From positions 14,120-78,119 of the forward strand of contig CAWAUF010000015.1 in the NCBI GenBank assembly GCA_963785145.1: DNA of 64,000 nucleotides, read 5' to 3'. The stretch comes from an uncultured Gammaproteobacteria bacterium. GTDB lineage: Bacteria; Pseudomonadota; Gammaproteobacteria; Legionellales; Legionellaceae. Under the pieces are notes generated by a model. The model saw only the letters and a list, made by a program, of their open reading frames with translations. It made no database searches and had not been told where the DNA came from. The position numbers and the translations under genes are program-made. Shown here one piece after another: positions 54,369-64,000 of this stretch (positions are counted from its first letter, which is position 1; each line of letters begins with the position of its first letter).

Positions 54369-54920
54369 TTAATGACCAAATCGAAATTCTCCCTGCTTTC
54401 CATTGGCCACTTGAAGGTCCAACTCCTCTCCGTGATGCTTGATGCCAGTAAATAAAGTCAACAGCAGTTTTTTACCGTTGTTTTTATCATCCTGCAGATA
54501 TTGGCTTATTTTAGAATTTAATTGTTGGCGTATGTCTCCTTCATCCCGAGCATTTTCGTCCAATTGCGCATAACCCAGCATTGCACTTAGCATGACTTGA
54601 CTTGAATTAGATTTAGGTTGTTTCACCTGCCCAATTGCCTGCTCCACTAAACCATCGAAAGCCTCAGCACCCATATTTTTGAGCGTCTTTTGGATGCCTT
54701 CTAACTGGGTATTGGGGATGGCTTTACTGAATCTGGATGCAAAATCAACTATGGTTTTAAACAAGGGCAAAGGAATTATGGTGATGGGAAATAGAAAAAA
54801 ATGTCCTACAGCCAAGCCAAAATTAATCACACTGTGATTGGGCAAAAGCGAAAATCCCTTGATTGCTGTACTTTTGGAATTACGCCACCATAAATGAAAA
54901 AAATAGTTTGGACTTAACAT
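54369..54920 (-). CDS. Hypothetical protein
   Basis: 183-aa ORF with a hydrophobic N-terminus. Confidence 0.3.
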   Translation of the reverse strand: MLSPNYFFHLWWRNSKSTAIKGFSLLPNHSVINFGLAVGHFFLFPITIIPLPLFKTIVDFASRFSKAIPNTQLEGIQKTLKNMGAEAFDGLVEQAIGQVKQPKSNSSQVMLSAMLGYAQLDENARDEGDIRQQLNSKISQYLQDDKNNGKKLLLTLFTGIKHHGEELDLQVANGKQGEFRFGH

Positions 54921-55078
54921 CGTGAATACCCTTATGAAGTTGTGATTGCAAAAGAAAATGGAAGTGTTTTGCCCATTATATCAAAAGAATGTTAAGAAAA
55001 AATTAAGCAACTGCCTTAGAAAAAACTCCAATTATGATCTATAATTGTACAATAAGATAAATCTTGGAGATCTGCAAC

Positions 55079-55951
55079 ATGACAAAGAAATTGTATGAAA
55101 TTTTAGGCATTAAGGATGAAACAGCAAGCCAAGAAACGCTTACTAAAGCCTTTCGCAGAAGGGCTCTGGTTATCCATCCGGATAAACCCGGCGGAGATCC
55201 AGAAGAGTTTAAACGGCTAAATCAGGCTTATGAGTTATTAAGCAATCCGCCTCAACGCATGTTATATGATCAAGGTTTAATCGATGATGATGGAAAAAAC
55301 ATCCTTGGAAAAGACTTTACCTATGAGGACTCTGAAAGCTTTGCTGAAGAAAAGGTAGAAAAACCTTCTGCTATGCCTTATGTTCAGGATTTTACAGAAG
55401 ATCAAAGAAATGAATTGACTCGCTTGTTGAATAAATTGAGGAGTAAGCCTTCTCTATTGAAAGGAAAATATGAACAAGGCATGGACAATAATATGTTGGC
55501 GAATATTATCAATGGAAAACTCTCACTTGCTGGTGCACTTAAGCAGAAGGTATGGAGGGAGGTCGACCCAGAGATTGTAACACTACTCGAAAATATGCAA
55601 AAGGCATATGCGCTTTCATTTAAAGAAAAGCAATTTGGCACCCCTCTTACTTTGGATCAATTGGTTAAAATAAATACTCTTCTTCAAACTTTAGAAAAAA
55701 AAGACGACTTAATCAGTACTTATATAAAACCAGAAAAATTGTTTCCATCCATGTCATTCTTCAAAAGAGGCCCAGACAAAATAGGGGCATTAAAACAATT
55801 AAAAGAGTTGGCAAAAACCATGGGGATTTCAGAAGCCATTAAAGAAGTTGAAAGAAATCATCCCTTAGCAAAAGAAGGAAAGAACAGTAGCACTGCAGCC
55901 TTATTCGAGGAATTATTAAAAGGTTCAAAACCTTCACCCGGTCAAGGATAA
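55079..55951 (+). CDS. J-domain (DnaJ-like) protein; the remainder resembles nothing recognised (effector-like)
   Basis: LYEILGI...HPDK...LNQAYELLSNP J-domain with the HPD motif. Confidence 0.6.
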   Translation: MTKKLYEILGIKDETASQETLTKAFRRRALVIHPDKPGGDPEEFKRLNQAYELLSNPPQRMLYDQGLIDDDGKNILGKDFTYEDSESFAEEKVEKPSAMPYVQDFTEDQRNELTRLLNKLRSKPSLLKGKYEQGMDNNMLANIINGKLSLAGALKQKVWREVDPEIVTLLENMQKAYALSFKEKQFGTPLTLDQLVKINTLLQTLEKKDDLISTYIKPEKLFPSMSFFKRGPDKIGALKQLKELAKTMGISEAIKEVERNHPLAKEGKNSSTAALFEELLKGSKPSPGQG

Positions 55952-56196
55952 AAGAAATTGTTTTTCATCTTTTCTTAAAGGGATTTGAGCTCACCCAGAA
56001 TTACTAGATTTGAAGTTCACTTCAAGTTTGTATTTTAAAATTTCAAAATGATTTTCTACAGTGCGGAATAATGACAGACCACATCAACCATTAAAAAAAT
56101 AGGATCCCTGCGACCCTACTTTAGTGAAGCGCCTACGGCGTTTGTTGGTTTTCCGTGGTCTAGACAATGGGGTCATTTCACCAATTCAGTATTGAG

Positions 56197-56466
56197 TTAT
56201 CTTCCGAATGTGAGATAACTTGCCCCATTATTATTCAAATATTCCCGTGTTGAAGGATTTAGTTTGCTGTTTGCGTCAAATAAGCCGAAGCCTCTAAACT
56301 CAGCTTCATGTAAAGCAGAACGTTGATCATGGCTAAGAGGGTGACCCTTCTTGATTGATTCCATGGCACTGTCATAATCTTTGCTTACCTGTTGTACATA
56401 TGCATTTGGGTTTGCTCCTTGGCGTCTGATATGATCCTTAAGTGTGTCATTTTTTTCGCTACTCAT
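56197..56466 (-). CDS. Hypothetical small protein
   Basis: ORF of 89 aa. Confidence 0.25.
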   Translation of the reverse strand: MSSEKNDTLKDHIRRQGANPNAYVQQVSKDYDSAMESIKKGHPLSHDQRSALHEAEFRGFGLFDANSKLNPSTREYLNNNGASYLTFGR

Positions 56467-56739
56467 AAATGTCTCCAGTGTTGTAATTTACCGCATAATG
56501 AAAATGATTCCTACTTTTAGAGATATTATACAGTATATTTTTTAATTTTAAAGCAAATTTAAATAAATTTAAACAGTGCGTGCATCATATGCTACGAAAG
56601 GGTCAGCACTGGCTCCTCATTGTTTCAGTTTTCGAGCGCTTGAACTAGTCATTATGAGGCAACTCAAATTTATGTTTCATTTGATGTGTATTCAATAAGT
56701 TCTGATATAATACAGCACGTTTCTTTCAAGATTGGTTTT

Positions 56740-57570
56740 ATGCTGAGTTATCAACACGGTTATCATGCCGGTGCTTTTGTCGATGTCATCAAACACCTGA
56801 CCCTAACGCGCCTTTTACATTACTTAACCCTGAAAGATAAGCCTCTGTTTTATCTTGAAACCCATGCTGGCAAAGGGATTTATGATTTATGGGATAAACA
56901 GGCACTCAAAACCGGAGAATATAAAGAAGGCATTGAACTGCTGTGGGCAGCTAGAAACCAGTTACCGCCTGTATTTAACCCTTACATTCAAATCATTGAA
57001 GAACTCAATCCGAAGCAAGAACTGCGCTATTATTCAGGCTCTCCTTACTTGGCAATCAGCCAATTACGCAAACAAGACAGACTGTATTTGTGCGAACTGC
57101 ATCCCCAAGAATTTGAAGCCTTGAATGCAATGCCTCGTTTTTATAAAAAAGTTCACATCAGCAACGCCGATGGCATCGGCAATCTGAAAGCACTTTTACC
57201 ACCTGCAGAGAAAAGAGCTTTGATTTTCATCGATCCCTCCTATGAGTTAAAAGAGGAATACAAACAAATCCCTGCGGCCATCAAACAAGCTTATTTTCAT
57301 TTTACAAACGGGGTGTTTTGCTTATGGTATCCTCTGGTCAACAAACGCCATACGGAGCAACTTCTGCGCGGAATGGAGGCCATTGGGGCTAAAAATTCCC
57401 TGCGCATGGAATTTTTTCTCAATTGCGCGAATAAAGAAGGAATGACTGGATGCGGTTTATGGATCATCAATCCCACCTTTAACCTGGTAGAAGAGATGAC
57501 CTCTGCGTTTGAATTGCTTAAAACCTATTTCAATCCTGGGTTGTCCTCTTATATTATTTCAAAGGCTTGA
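56740..57570 (+). CDS. rlmJ: 23S rRNA (adenine2030-N6)-methyltransferase RlmJ
   Basis: MLSYQHGYHAGAFVDVIKH...GSPYLA...FIDPSYE, collinear with E. coli RlmJ. Confidence 0.85.
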   Translation: MLSYQHGYHAGAFVDVIKHLTLTRLLHYLTLKDKPLFYLETHAGKGIYDLWDKQALKTGEYKEGIELLWAARNQLPPVFNPYIQIIEELNPKQELRYYSGSPYLAISQLRKQDRLYLCELHPQEFEALNAMPRFYKKVHISNADGIGNLKALLPPAEKRALIFIDPSYELKEEYKQIPAAIKQAYFHFTNGVFCLWYPLVNKRHTEQLLRGMEAIGAKNSLRMEFFLNCANKEGMTGCGLWIINPTFNLVEEMTSAFELLKTYFNPGLSSYIISKA

Positions 57571-57756
57571 TTCGTGGTATAATGCGTTTTTTGTTCTGAT
57601 CGCAATCCTTTATACATACGAAAAAGTCCGGATATGGTTTGTTTAATGTTTCATTACTGCCCGTATTCTGATTTTTATTTGCAAAATTAAGACTGGATAC
57701 CAGCATACAAGTCAATAATACCAAAAAACAGGAGAATAATTTAATCACAATACCTC

Positions 57757-58341
57757 CTTAGTGGTAGTCGCTTTCATTCCCCACCGATGCCCCAATGGTA
57801 GGCAATAAATCGGCTAAGTCATTGGCATGATCTTCTTCCTCTGCCAAAATCACTTCCAACAAACGTCGCGTGGTGGGATCGGCGTTTCCAAACCAATGAT
57901 CAATTTTCTATAAACCATGATCGCAATGCGTTCAGCCACCAGATCTTCTTTGATCATGGTTTGAATGTCCTTGCCACAACCAAATTGTGTGCTGGCTCTT
58001 TGCATGATGGTTGCTGGATTAAAATCAGGATTGCCGCCTAACTGATTGATGCGTTCTGCAAGTATCAGCATGTGATTTTCTTCCTGCAAAGCGTGTTCTT
58101 CAAATTCTGCGGCGATTTGAATGCTGTTGATGCCCTTGGCGATGATTTGATGATGCCTGTATCGAAGCACACACAAGATCTCGGTTGCAAGTGCTTCATT
58201 GAGTAAATGACAAGCCTGTTCTATATCCAAGGGATAATCCTGGGTCACTGCTCCATCGTCTAAGAATTTACTGGCCTCTCTTCGAATTTCATCAATATTG
58301 TAGGGAGGCTTGTCCGTTTCCACGTGTTTTGAAGATTTCAT
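57757..58341 (-). CDS. bfr: Bacterioferritin-like ferritin-family protein (frameshift near 57900)
   Basis: ALATEILCVLRYRHH...EEHALQEENHM ferritin-like motifs. The C-terminal about 45 aa read in a different frame. Confidence 0.5.
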
Positions 58342-58417
58342 TTTTTTGTCCTTAAGTAAGAATATGTATTAATTATGGACTATTTTTTTAGAAAATGAAT
58401 AAAGAATGGCAGATTTT

Positions 58418-59065
58418 TCATGGCTTAGGAATATACACATCGAAACGGATTGTTTTACCATCAAAGCTTAAACTGGGGGGCAGCAAGGGTTTTCGCTTTT
58501 GTGGCCACTTAACTACAACGCGCTGTTTGGCACGAGTGAGAGCGCATTGGATCAACTCCAAAGCATCCTCGTCCGCACCGATAAGCTTTTGCAGGGCTTG
58601 CATGTCTTTTTTAACCAAAGCGGCCTTGCTGCGTTCCGGATGCATGGGATCAATGTAAATCACATCCGGGTATTGGCAGGGCTGCAGCTCCTTTAAATAG
58701 GTTTTAGCATCCACCTCTAAAAAATCCAGATCCATGAGTGTTTTATCCTGATCACTTCTATGCTTTAAGGCATCCCGTAATAAAATGGCCATCCACGGAT
58801 GGCGTTCTAACATCAGGACTTTTGCGCCGAAACTACTCAAAATGGCTGCATCACGGCCCCACCCCGCGGTTGCATCCACAATGCGGATTCCCGGTGCGGG
58901 TTTACAAGCTCGAATCAGGCCTTGTTTTTTCCCAGCCGCCTTTCTTTTGTTCCAAGTGGCAGCGGTGAAATCAGCAAACAATGGTGAACAGTTTGGAATA
59001 TTTAAGGTCAATCTCTCTTCCAAGTGACCTGCCTTTTCATATGTTAAGGCTTTGATTTCAATCAT
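58418..59065 (-). CDS. rsmJ: 16S rRNA (guanine1516-N2)-methyltransferase RsmJ
   Basis: VDATAGWGRDAAIL and IYIDPMHPERSKAALVKKDM motifs. Confidence 0.85.
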   Translation of the reverse strand: MIEIKALTYEKAGHLEERLTLNIPNCSPLFADFTAATWNKRKAAGKKQGLIRACKPAPGIRIVDATAGWGRDAAILSSFGAKVLMLERHPWMAILLRDALKHRSDQDKTLMDLDFLEVDAKTYLKELQPCQYPDVIYIDPMHPERSKAALVKKDMQALQKLIGADEDALELIQCALTRAKQRVVVKWPQKRKPLLPPSLSFDGKTIRFDVYIPKP

Positions 59066-59597
59066 GGAGGATCTGTTTTACATAATCCATTAAGGAATGA
59101 TGCACTGGCACCTCGGGGTAATTTTTCAATTGTTCCCTATCGGTCATGGAGGACAGTATCACAATGGGAGTAGCGCCGACGGCCAATGCAACTTGAATGT
59201 CTGACACACGATCGCCAACAAAGGCAATTTTGTTCAAGGAACACTGCAGTTGCTTTGCCAAGGCAATGAGCATCCCAGGTTGTGGTTTGCGACAACAACA
59301 ATGCAACTCAGGTATGTGAATGCAGTATTCAATGGCATCAATTCGGCCTCCATGAGCCTCGACGCATTGCATCAATTTTTCATGAATGGCTTTTAAAGTA
59401 TTCTCCGTATAAAAACCTCTACCTACACCTGACTGGTTGGTTGCCACTCCAATGGAATACCCGGCCTCAGTCAATTTGGCTATGGCTTCCAGGCTTCCAG
59501 GAATCGGAATGAATTCATCCGGGGTTTTTATGTAAGCCAAGGAGTCGTAATTGATCACTCCGTCTCTGTCTAAAAGGATGAATTGTTTTGATTTCAT
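59058..59597 (-). CDS. gmhB: D-glycero-beta-D-manno-heptose-1,7-bisphosphate 7-phosphatase (HAD family)
   Basis: LLDRDGVIN HAD motif I; 179 aa. Confidence 0.8.
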   Translation of the reverse strand: MKSKQFILLDRDGVINYDSLAYIKTPDEFIPIPGSLEAIAKLTEAGYSIGVATNQSGVGRGFYTENTLKAIHEKLMQCVEAHGGRIDAIEYCIHIPELHCCCRKPQPGMLIALAKQLQCSLNKIAFVGDRVSDIQVALAVGATPIVILSSMTDREQLKNYPEVPVHHSLMDYVKQILHD

Positions 59598-61663
59598 AGT
59601 TGCAACATAGAAATATCAGCAACTCCTTGCAATACGCTTTGTAATTTGGCCAAAATGGCAAGCCGATTGCCTCTTAGAGCATTCTGTTCAACCATGACCA
59701 TTACTTTATCAAAAAACACATCGATGGGCGCCTTTAGGCTGGCCAATTGTTGGAGTATGGCGCTGTAATCTGCTTTAAGGTATAACTCATCGACTGAGGC
59801 CGAGATGTTGATCATCTCATCAAATAAAGCTTTTTCAGCATCCTCTGCCAGTAAGCGGTCCTCAATTTGAGTTGGAATCCCATCTTTTTGATTTTGAGTT
59901 AATATATTATTCACCCGTTTACAAGCCGCAGATAAAAAGCTGGCTTCAGGCATGGTGATGAAGGATTTTAAGGCATTTAAACGACTGTCCAGATCAAACA
60001 ACCATTCGTTTTGACGTGCACGAACGGCTAAAATGAGTTCGGGTGCAAATCCTTGACTTTGATAATGCGATTGCAGCCGCTCCAAAATAAAGGATTTTAA
60101 GTCTGAAATGGGATCTTTGTCCTGAACCAGGGAGGCAAAGGGGAGCAAGGCCTCCTCAATTAAAGTACTCAGATTCAAAGCAACCGGCATAGAAATCAAC
60201 AAACGCACCACGGCCAGGGCATGGCGCCTTAGTTTGAAGGGATCTTTGATGCCGGATGGTTTTTGTCCAATGGCAAATAACCCTACCAAGGTGTCTATTC
60301 TATCGGCTAAAGATAAGGCCGTTCCTAAATTGGATTGGGGCAACTCATCCGCTGCAAAACGCGGCATGTATTGTTCGTTCAAGGCTTGAGCAACCAAGGG
60401 ATTTTCACCATCATGCAGGGCATAATAATAACCCATCAACCCCTGCAACTCTGGAAATTCTCCCACCATCCCGGTCATTAAATCGCATTTGCTTAATGAG
60501 GCTGCTCTTTGGCTGTGCTCTGCAGTGATGGGGTAGATCTGACTTAAATGTTCCATCAGGGCTTGAATGCGTAGGGATTTGTCATACAGGCTACCCAATT
60601 TATTTTGAAAAACAACTTGTTGGGTTGCTGGGATGTATGCGCTTAATTTTTGATTTTTATCCTGTTTAAAAAAGAAAGCGGCATCGCTTAAACGTGCACG
60701 CATGACTTTTTCATTGCCTAAAACCACTTGAGTTGGATTGGTACTGGCTATATTGGCCGTGGTGATGAAATAAGGCAGTAAATGTCCAGACTTGTCTTTT
60801 AAGGCAAAGCATTTTTGATGCACTTGCATGGCTGCAATCAATGCTTCTGCAGGCACTTCAAGGAATTCCTTTTCAAAAGAGACTAGATAAGATTGCGGCC
60901 ACTCCACAATGGAGGTGACTTCATCCAACAAAGCTTGAGGCATTAGGGCGATGGCATCCTGAGCCTTTGCTAATTCATTCACTTGTTGTTTGATGAGTTC
61001 CTGTCTTTTAGCAAAATCCGCGACGACAAAGGCTTCCTGCAACTGCAATTCGTATTGAGCAGCGCTGGAAATGGTCAACTTTTGTGGACAATGAAAACGA
61101 TGGCCTCGGCTTTGATTCGAGGATTGAATGCCTAACAATTGACTTTCAAGGACTTCATCTCCATACATCATCAAAGCCCAATGCACGGGGCGGGCAAATT
61201 CTTCATTGCAATTTCCCCAGCGCATGGGTTTGGCAATGGCCAGGGCACTTAAGGCCTGGTTTACAAAGCCTGGCAATAAATCTTTGGTTTGAGCTCCCGA
61301 ATCTTTAGTTTCATGAACAATCCATTCGCCCTTGTCTGTTTGAAGTCGGGACAATTGAGCAGGGTCCACTTTGCAAGACAAAGCAAAACCCAATAAGGCT
61401 TGGGTGGGTTGGCCGTCAGCGGTATAAGCGGCTGAGACCGCGGGACCTCGACGCATGCTGCTTTGACTTTCTTGTTTGCTTTGCAGATCGTGGATCACAA
61501 CCGCAAGACGTCTTGGGGTAGCAAAGCGCTTTACTTCGCCGTATTGCAGTTGTGCCTTGTCCAAAACAGCCAGTAACTGACTGACAAAAGCGTCGGCTAA
61601 AGGCCAAACGCTGGCAGAAGGCAGCTCTTCACAGCCTAATTCAAATATGAAATCATGAACCAT
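59594..61663 (-). CDS. glyS: Glycine--tRNA ligase beta subunit
   Basis: 689 aa; overlaps glyQ in the conserved glyQS arrangement. Confidence 0.9.
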   Translation of the reverse strand: MVHDFIFELGCEELPSASVWPLADAFVSQLLAVLDKAQLQYGEVKRFATPRRLAVVIHDLQSKQESQSSMRRGPAVSAAYTADGQPTQALLGFALSCKVDPAQLSRLQTDKGEWIVHETKDSGAQTKDLLPGFVNQALSALAIAKPMRWGNCNEEFARPVHWALMMYGDEVLESQLLGIQSSNQSRGHRFHCPQKLTISSAAQYELQLQEAFVVADFAKRQELIKQQVNELAKAQDAIALMPQALLDEVTSIVEWPQSYLVSFEKEFLEVPAEALIAAMQVHQKCFALKDKSGHLLPYFITTANIASTNPTQVVLGNEKVMRARLSDAAFFFKQDKNQKLSAYIPATQQVVFQNKLGSLYDKSLRIQALMEHLSQIYPITAEHSQRAASLSKCDLMTGMVGEFPELQGLMGYYYALHDGENPLVAQALNEQYMPRFAADELPQSNLGTALSLADRIDTLVGLFAIGQKPSGIKDPFKLRRHALAVVRLLISMPVALNLSTLIEEALLPFASLVQDKDPISDLKSFILERLQSHYQSQGFAPELILAVRARQNEWLFDLDSRLNALKSFITMPEASFLSAACKRVNNILTQNQKDGIPTQIEDRLLAEDAEKALFDEMINISASVDELYLKADYSAILQQLASLKAPIDVFFDKVMVMVEQNALRGNRLAILAKLQSVLQGVADISMLQL

Positions 61664-62558
61664 AATGCACCTTTTGCATGGGAAATCCTAAGGCTTCTCG
61701 CCTTTCGTAGTAGGCTTTAGCCACGGATTGCGACAACTTTCTCAATCTTAAAATAAACCCCTGCCTTGCCGTGACGGAGATGGCCTTGCGTGCGTCTAAC
61801 AAATTGAAGGAATGCGAGGCTTTGAGGACCATCTCATAGGCTGGGAGCGGAAGTTGTATGGCGATGAGGCGGTGTGCTTCTGACTCATAGTAATCAAATT
61901 GTTTAAAGAGTTGCTCAACGTCCGCTTGTTCAAAGTTGTAAGTGGACATCTCCACTTCGTTTTGATGAAAGACGTCGCCGTAGGTGATGAGCCCATGCTC
62001 TGTCTGGCTCCATGGCATGTCAAAAAAATTATCCACGCCTAAAATGGACATGGCCAGTCGTTCCAAACCATAGGTTAATTCGCCGGTGACCGGTTTGCAA
62101 ACCAGTCCACCCACTTGCTGAAAATAAGTAAATTGGGAGATTTCCATCCCATTTTGCCAGACTTCCCATCCCAATCCCCAAGCTCCAAGACTGGGCGATT
62201 CCCAGTTGTCTTCTACAAAGCGGATGTCATCCGCTAAGGGATCGACACCCAGTGCTCGCAGGGAATCCAGATATTTTTCCTGAATGTCTAAGGGGGAGGG
62301 TTTTAAAATGACTTGGAATTGGTAATAATGTTGCGTACGATTCGGATTTTCGCCATATCGTCCATCCGCAGGACGTCTACTGGGCTGAACATAAGCCGCA
62401 GACCAAGGCTCAGGACCAATGGCACGTAAAAAAGTGGCCACGTGAAAGGTGCCCGCCCCCACTTCCAGGTCCAGAGGTTGTAAAAGAATGCAACCCTGAG
62501 AGGCCCAATAGTTTTGTAAAATGAGAATGATGTCTTGAAATGTAGTGGGCTTTGTCAT
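61653..62558 (-). CDS. glyQ: Glycine--tRNA ligase alpha subunit
   Basis: Near-identical to E. coli GlyQ over most of its length ([11 protein letters not shown]...[19 protein letters not shown]). Confidence 0.95.
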   Translation of the reverse strand: MTKPTTFQDIILILQNYWASQGCILLQPLDLEVGAGTFHVATFLRAIGPEPWSAAYVQPSRRPADGRYGENPNRTQHYYQFQVILKPSPLDIQEKYLDSLRALGVDPLADDIRFVEDNWESPSLGAWGLGWEVWQNGMEISQFTYFQQVGGLVCKPVTGELTYGLERLAMSILGVDNFFDMPWSQTEHGLITYGDVFHQNEVEMSTYNFEQADVEQLFKQFDYYESEAHRLIAIQLPLPAYEMVLKASHSFNLLDARKAISVTARQGFILRLRKLSQSVAKAYYERREALGFPMQKVHYGS

Positions 62559-62899
62559 ACAACTCATGAAACTCTCCAATCAACGATTTGCCCATGAAAT
62601 GGCTTTAGCCATTATAACCTTCTAATGGACTTGGAGCCAGCGATTTGAGCGCTAGGGGTGCTGATTTGTCATAGGCAGACAGTTTGATTGTTTAAAGATC
62701 AAAATCCAATGGATAACAATATGACGGTGGGTTTGGCCTGTCCTGATTTGCGAGAAAACTTACACCCAAGGATGGTAAAGGCCCAGTTAGCAAATGCAGC
62801 ACCTATACAGAAAATGAAGCGTATAAAAAGAGATTTATAACGCGATGCTCAACTTTTCACGGAACCATACGGGCCCGTGAGCGAGCCCGAGCCCGGTTT

Positions 62900-63463
62900 T
62901 TAAACAATTTCAAGGCACTCAAATTGTAAGGGAGGATTTCCTAATATTTTATTGACCATCATACAAACAGTATGCGCTAGTACTTTTCTCCCAATTCTGT
63001 TTGTTAAATGCCACAAATCTCTTGCTCTGACTTTTTCGATGTGAAACTGCTGCGATAGTTGCCCAATAAATGTTTCAACCAGTCGTCTTGTTGATGTTAG
63101 CCAGCGACTAAAATGCCTCCCTCTCGGGTCATTCATATTGCTACGTAATGGTGTCTGCAAGTTAACTTGTGTGTGTTCTCTGATTTGTGCTTGATAATCC
63201 TCGCCAATTAAACCCTTATCTGCGATTAAAAGACCGCGAATGTTTCCAATGATGTCCCATAATGATTCACGTTCATCAATGTTAGCCGGCGTCACAGTGA
63301 TTCCTGTGATCATCCCATCGGAACCAATGGCAAGATTGCCTTTAAAGCCGTAGTAGGTCTCGCTCTTGGAGGCACAGTAACCATAGGATGCAATACCCTT
63401 AAAGATGGAACTAAATCCCGCGCGTTTAAAATGGCAAATAGGCATTGGCAATCCATCTGCCAT
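62900..63463 (-). mobile_element. IS982-family transposase C-terminal fragment (copy C)
   Basis: 186 of 187 aa identical to the product of 654-1217. Confidence 0.7.
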
Positions 63464-63578
63464 ATGAAGTTTATCTGATAATGCCCCACTTTTTAGCGAA
63501 CCAAATTACAATAAAGCGCTATGTCACTCAACAGGAAATTGTTTCAAATCCAAAACTTAATTATAAGGAAATCCAACT

Positions 63579-63932
63579 ATGAGTTATTTCGATTTTGAAA
63601 AATTGGATGTATACCAAGCCTCCATTGAGGTTGTGGTATTCATTGATAAAATCACTACAGCTTTTCCTCGCGGCAGAGCTTATTTAACCGACCAACTTCA
63701 ACGAGCTGGGACATCGATCTCATTGAATATTGCTGAGGGCTCAGGAGAGTTCTCCCCTAACGAAAAAAGTAGATTCTACCGCATGGCAAAACGTTCTGCT
63801 ACAGAAACCGCAGCGATATTGGAAGTATCCAAACGTTTAAACATTATACATGATGAATATTATCAATTAACAAGAGAATTACTGAATCGCATTGTTATGA
63901 TGTTGACTAAAATGGCAAAAAAAACAGATTAG
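63579..63932 (+). CDS. Four-helix-bundle protein (copy C)
   Basis: Product identical to that of 185-538. Confidence 0.7.
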   Translation: MSYFDFEKLDVYQASIEVVVFIDKITTAFPRGRAYLTDQLQRAGTSISLNIAEGSGEFSPNEKSRFYRMAKRSATETAAILEVSKRLNIIHDEYYQLTRELLNRIVMMLTKMAKKTD

Positions 63933-64000
63933 GCGGAACTCGGGCGGGCTCGGGCTCGCTCACGGGCCCGGGCCCGTATGGTTCCGTGAAAAGTTGAGCA

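Larger units (their letters stand above)
62841..64000. mobile_element. Composite element, copy C, in inverted orientation relative to copy A and truncated by the window end
   Basis: Reverse complement of about 113-1282, carrying the same internal tnp deletion. Differences from copy A are one GGGCCC unit fewer in the proximal IR and one aa change (V to F) in the tnp fragment. Confidence 0.8.

Overview
This 64 kb window reads as chromosome from a Legionellales-type (Legionella-like) intracellular gammaproteobacterium with about 40% GC. The assignment rests on Pht-like MFS transporters, EnhA-like L,D-transpeptidase, pilVWX, and many eukaryotic-like proteins.

Three kinds of content are present:
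- **Housekeeping backbone.** dnaB-alr, secDF-yajC, hslVU, deoB, cysS, glnS, trpFBA, truA, folD, glyQS, gmhB, rsmJ, rlmJ, tag, wrbA, hisC.
- **Accessory, effector-like content.** An atypical eukaryotic-like protein-kinase paralog pair, a tandem HIT-like-domain protein, a large coiled-coil repeat protein, an LRR protein, a J-domain protein, a tandem pair of large SPFH-like paralogs, and several unknown secreted or membrane proteins.
- **A composite mobile element in three copies.** It carries 61-bp GC-rich terminal inverted repeats, a four-helix-bundle (23S-IVS/Avd-family) gene and an N-terminally deleted IS982-family transposase. Two identical copies sit in inverted orientation at the two ends of the window (about 113-1282 and 62841-64000) and bracket about 61.5 kb. 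A third, decayed copy lies at 43535-44460.

One caveat affects every pseudogene call. yajC, secF, glnS (twice), trpA, trpB (at least three times), bfr, the four-helix-bundle copy B, the HIT-like protein tail and possibly one kinase gene all carry frameshifts or stops at short homopolymers. This pattern suggests the assembly has indel errors rather than true gene decay.

No rRNA, tRNA or CRISPR array was recognised.
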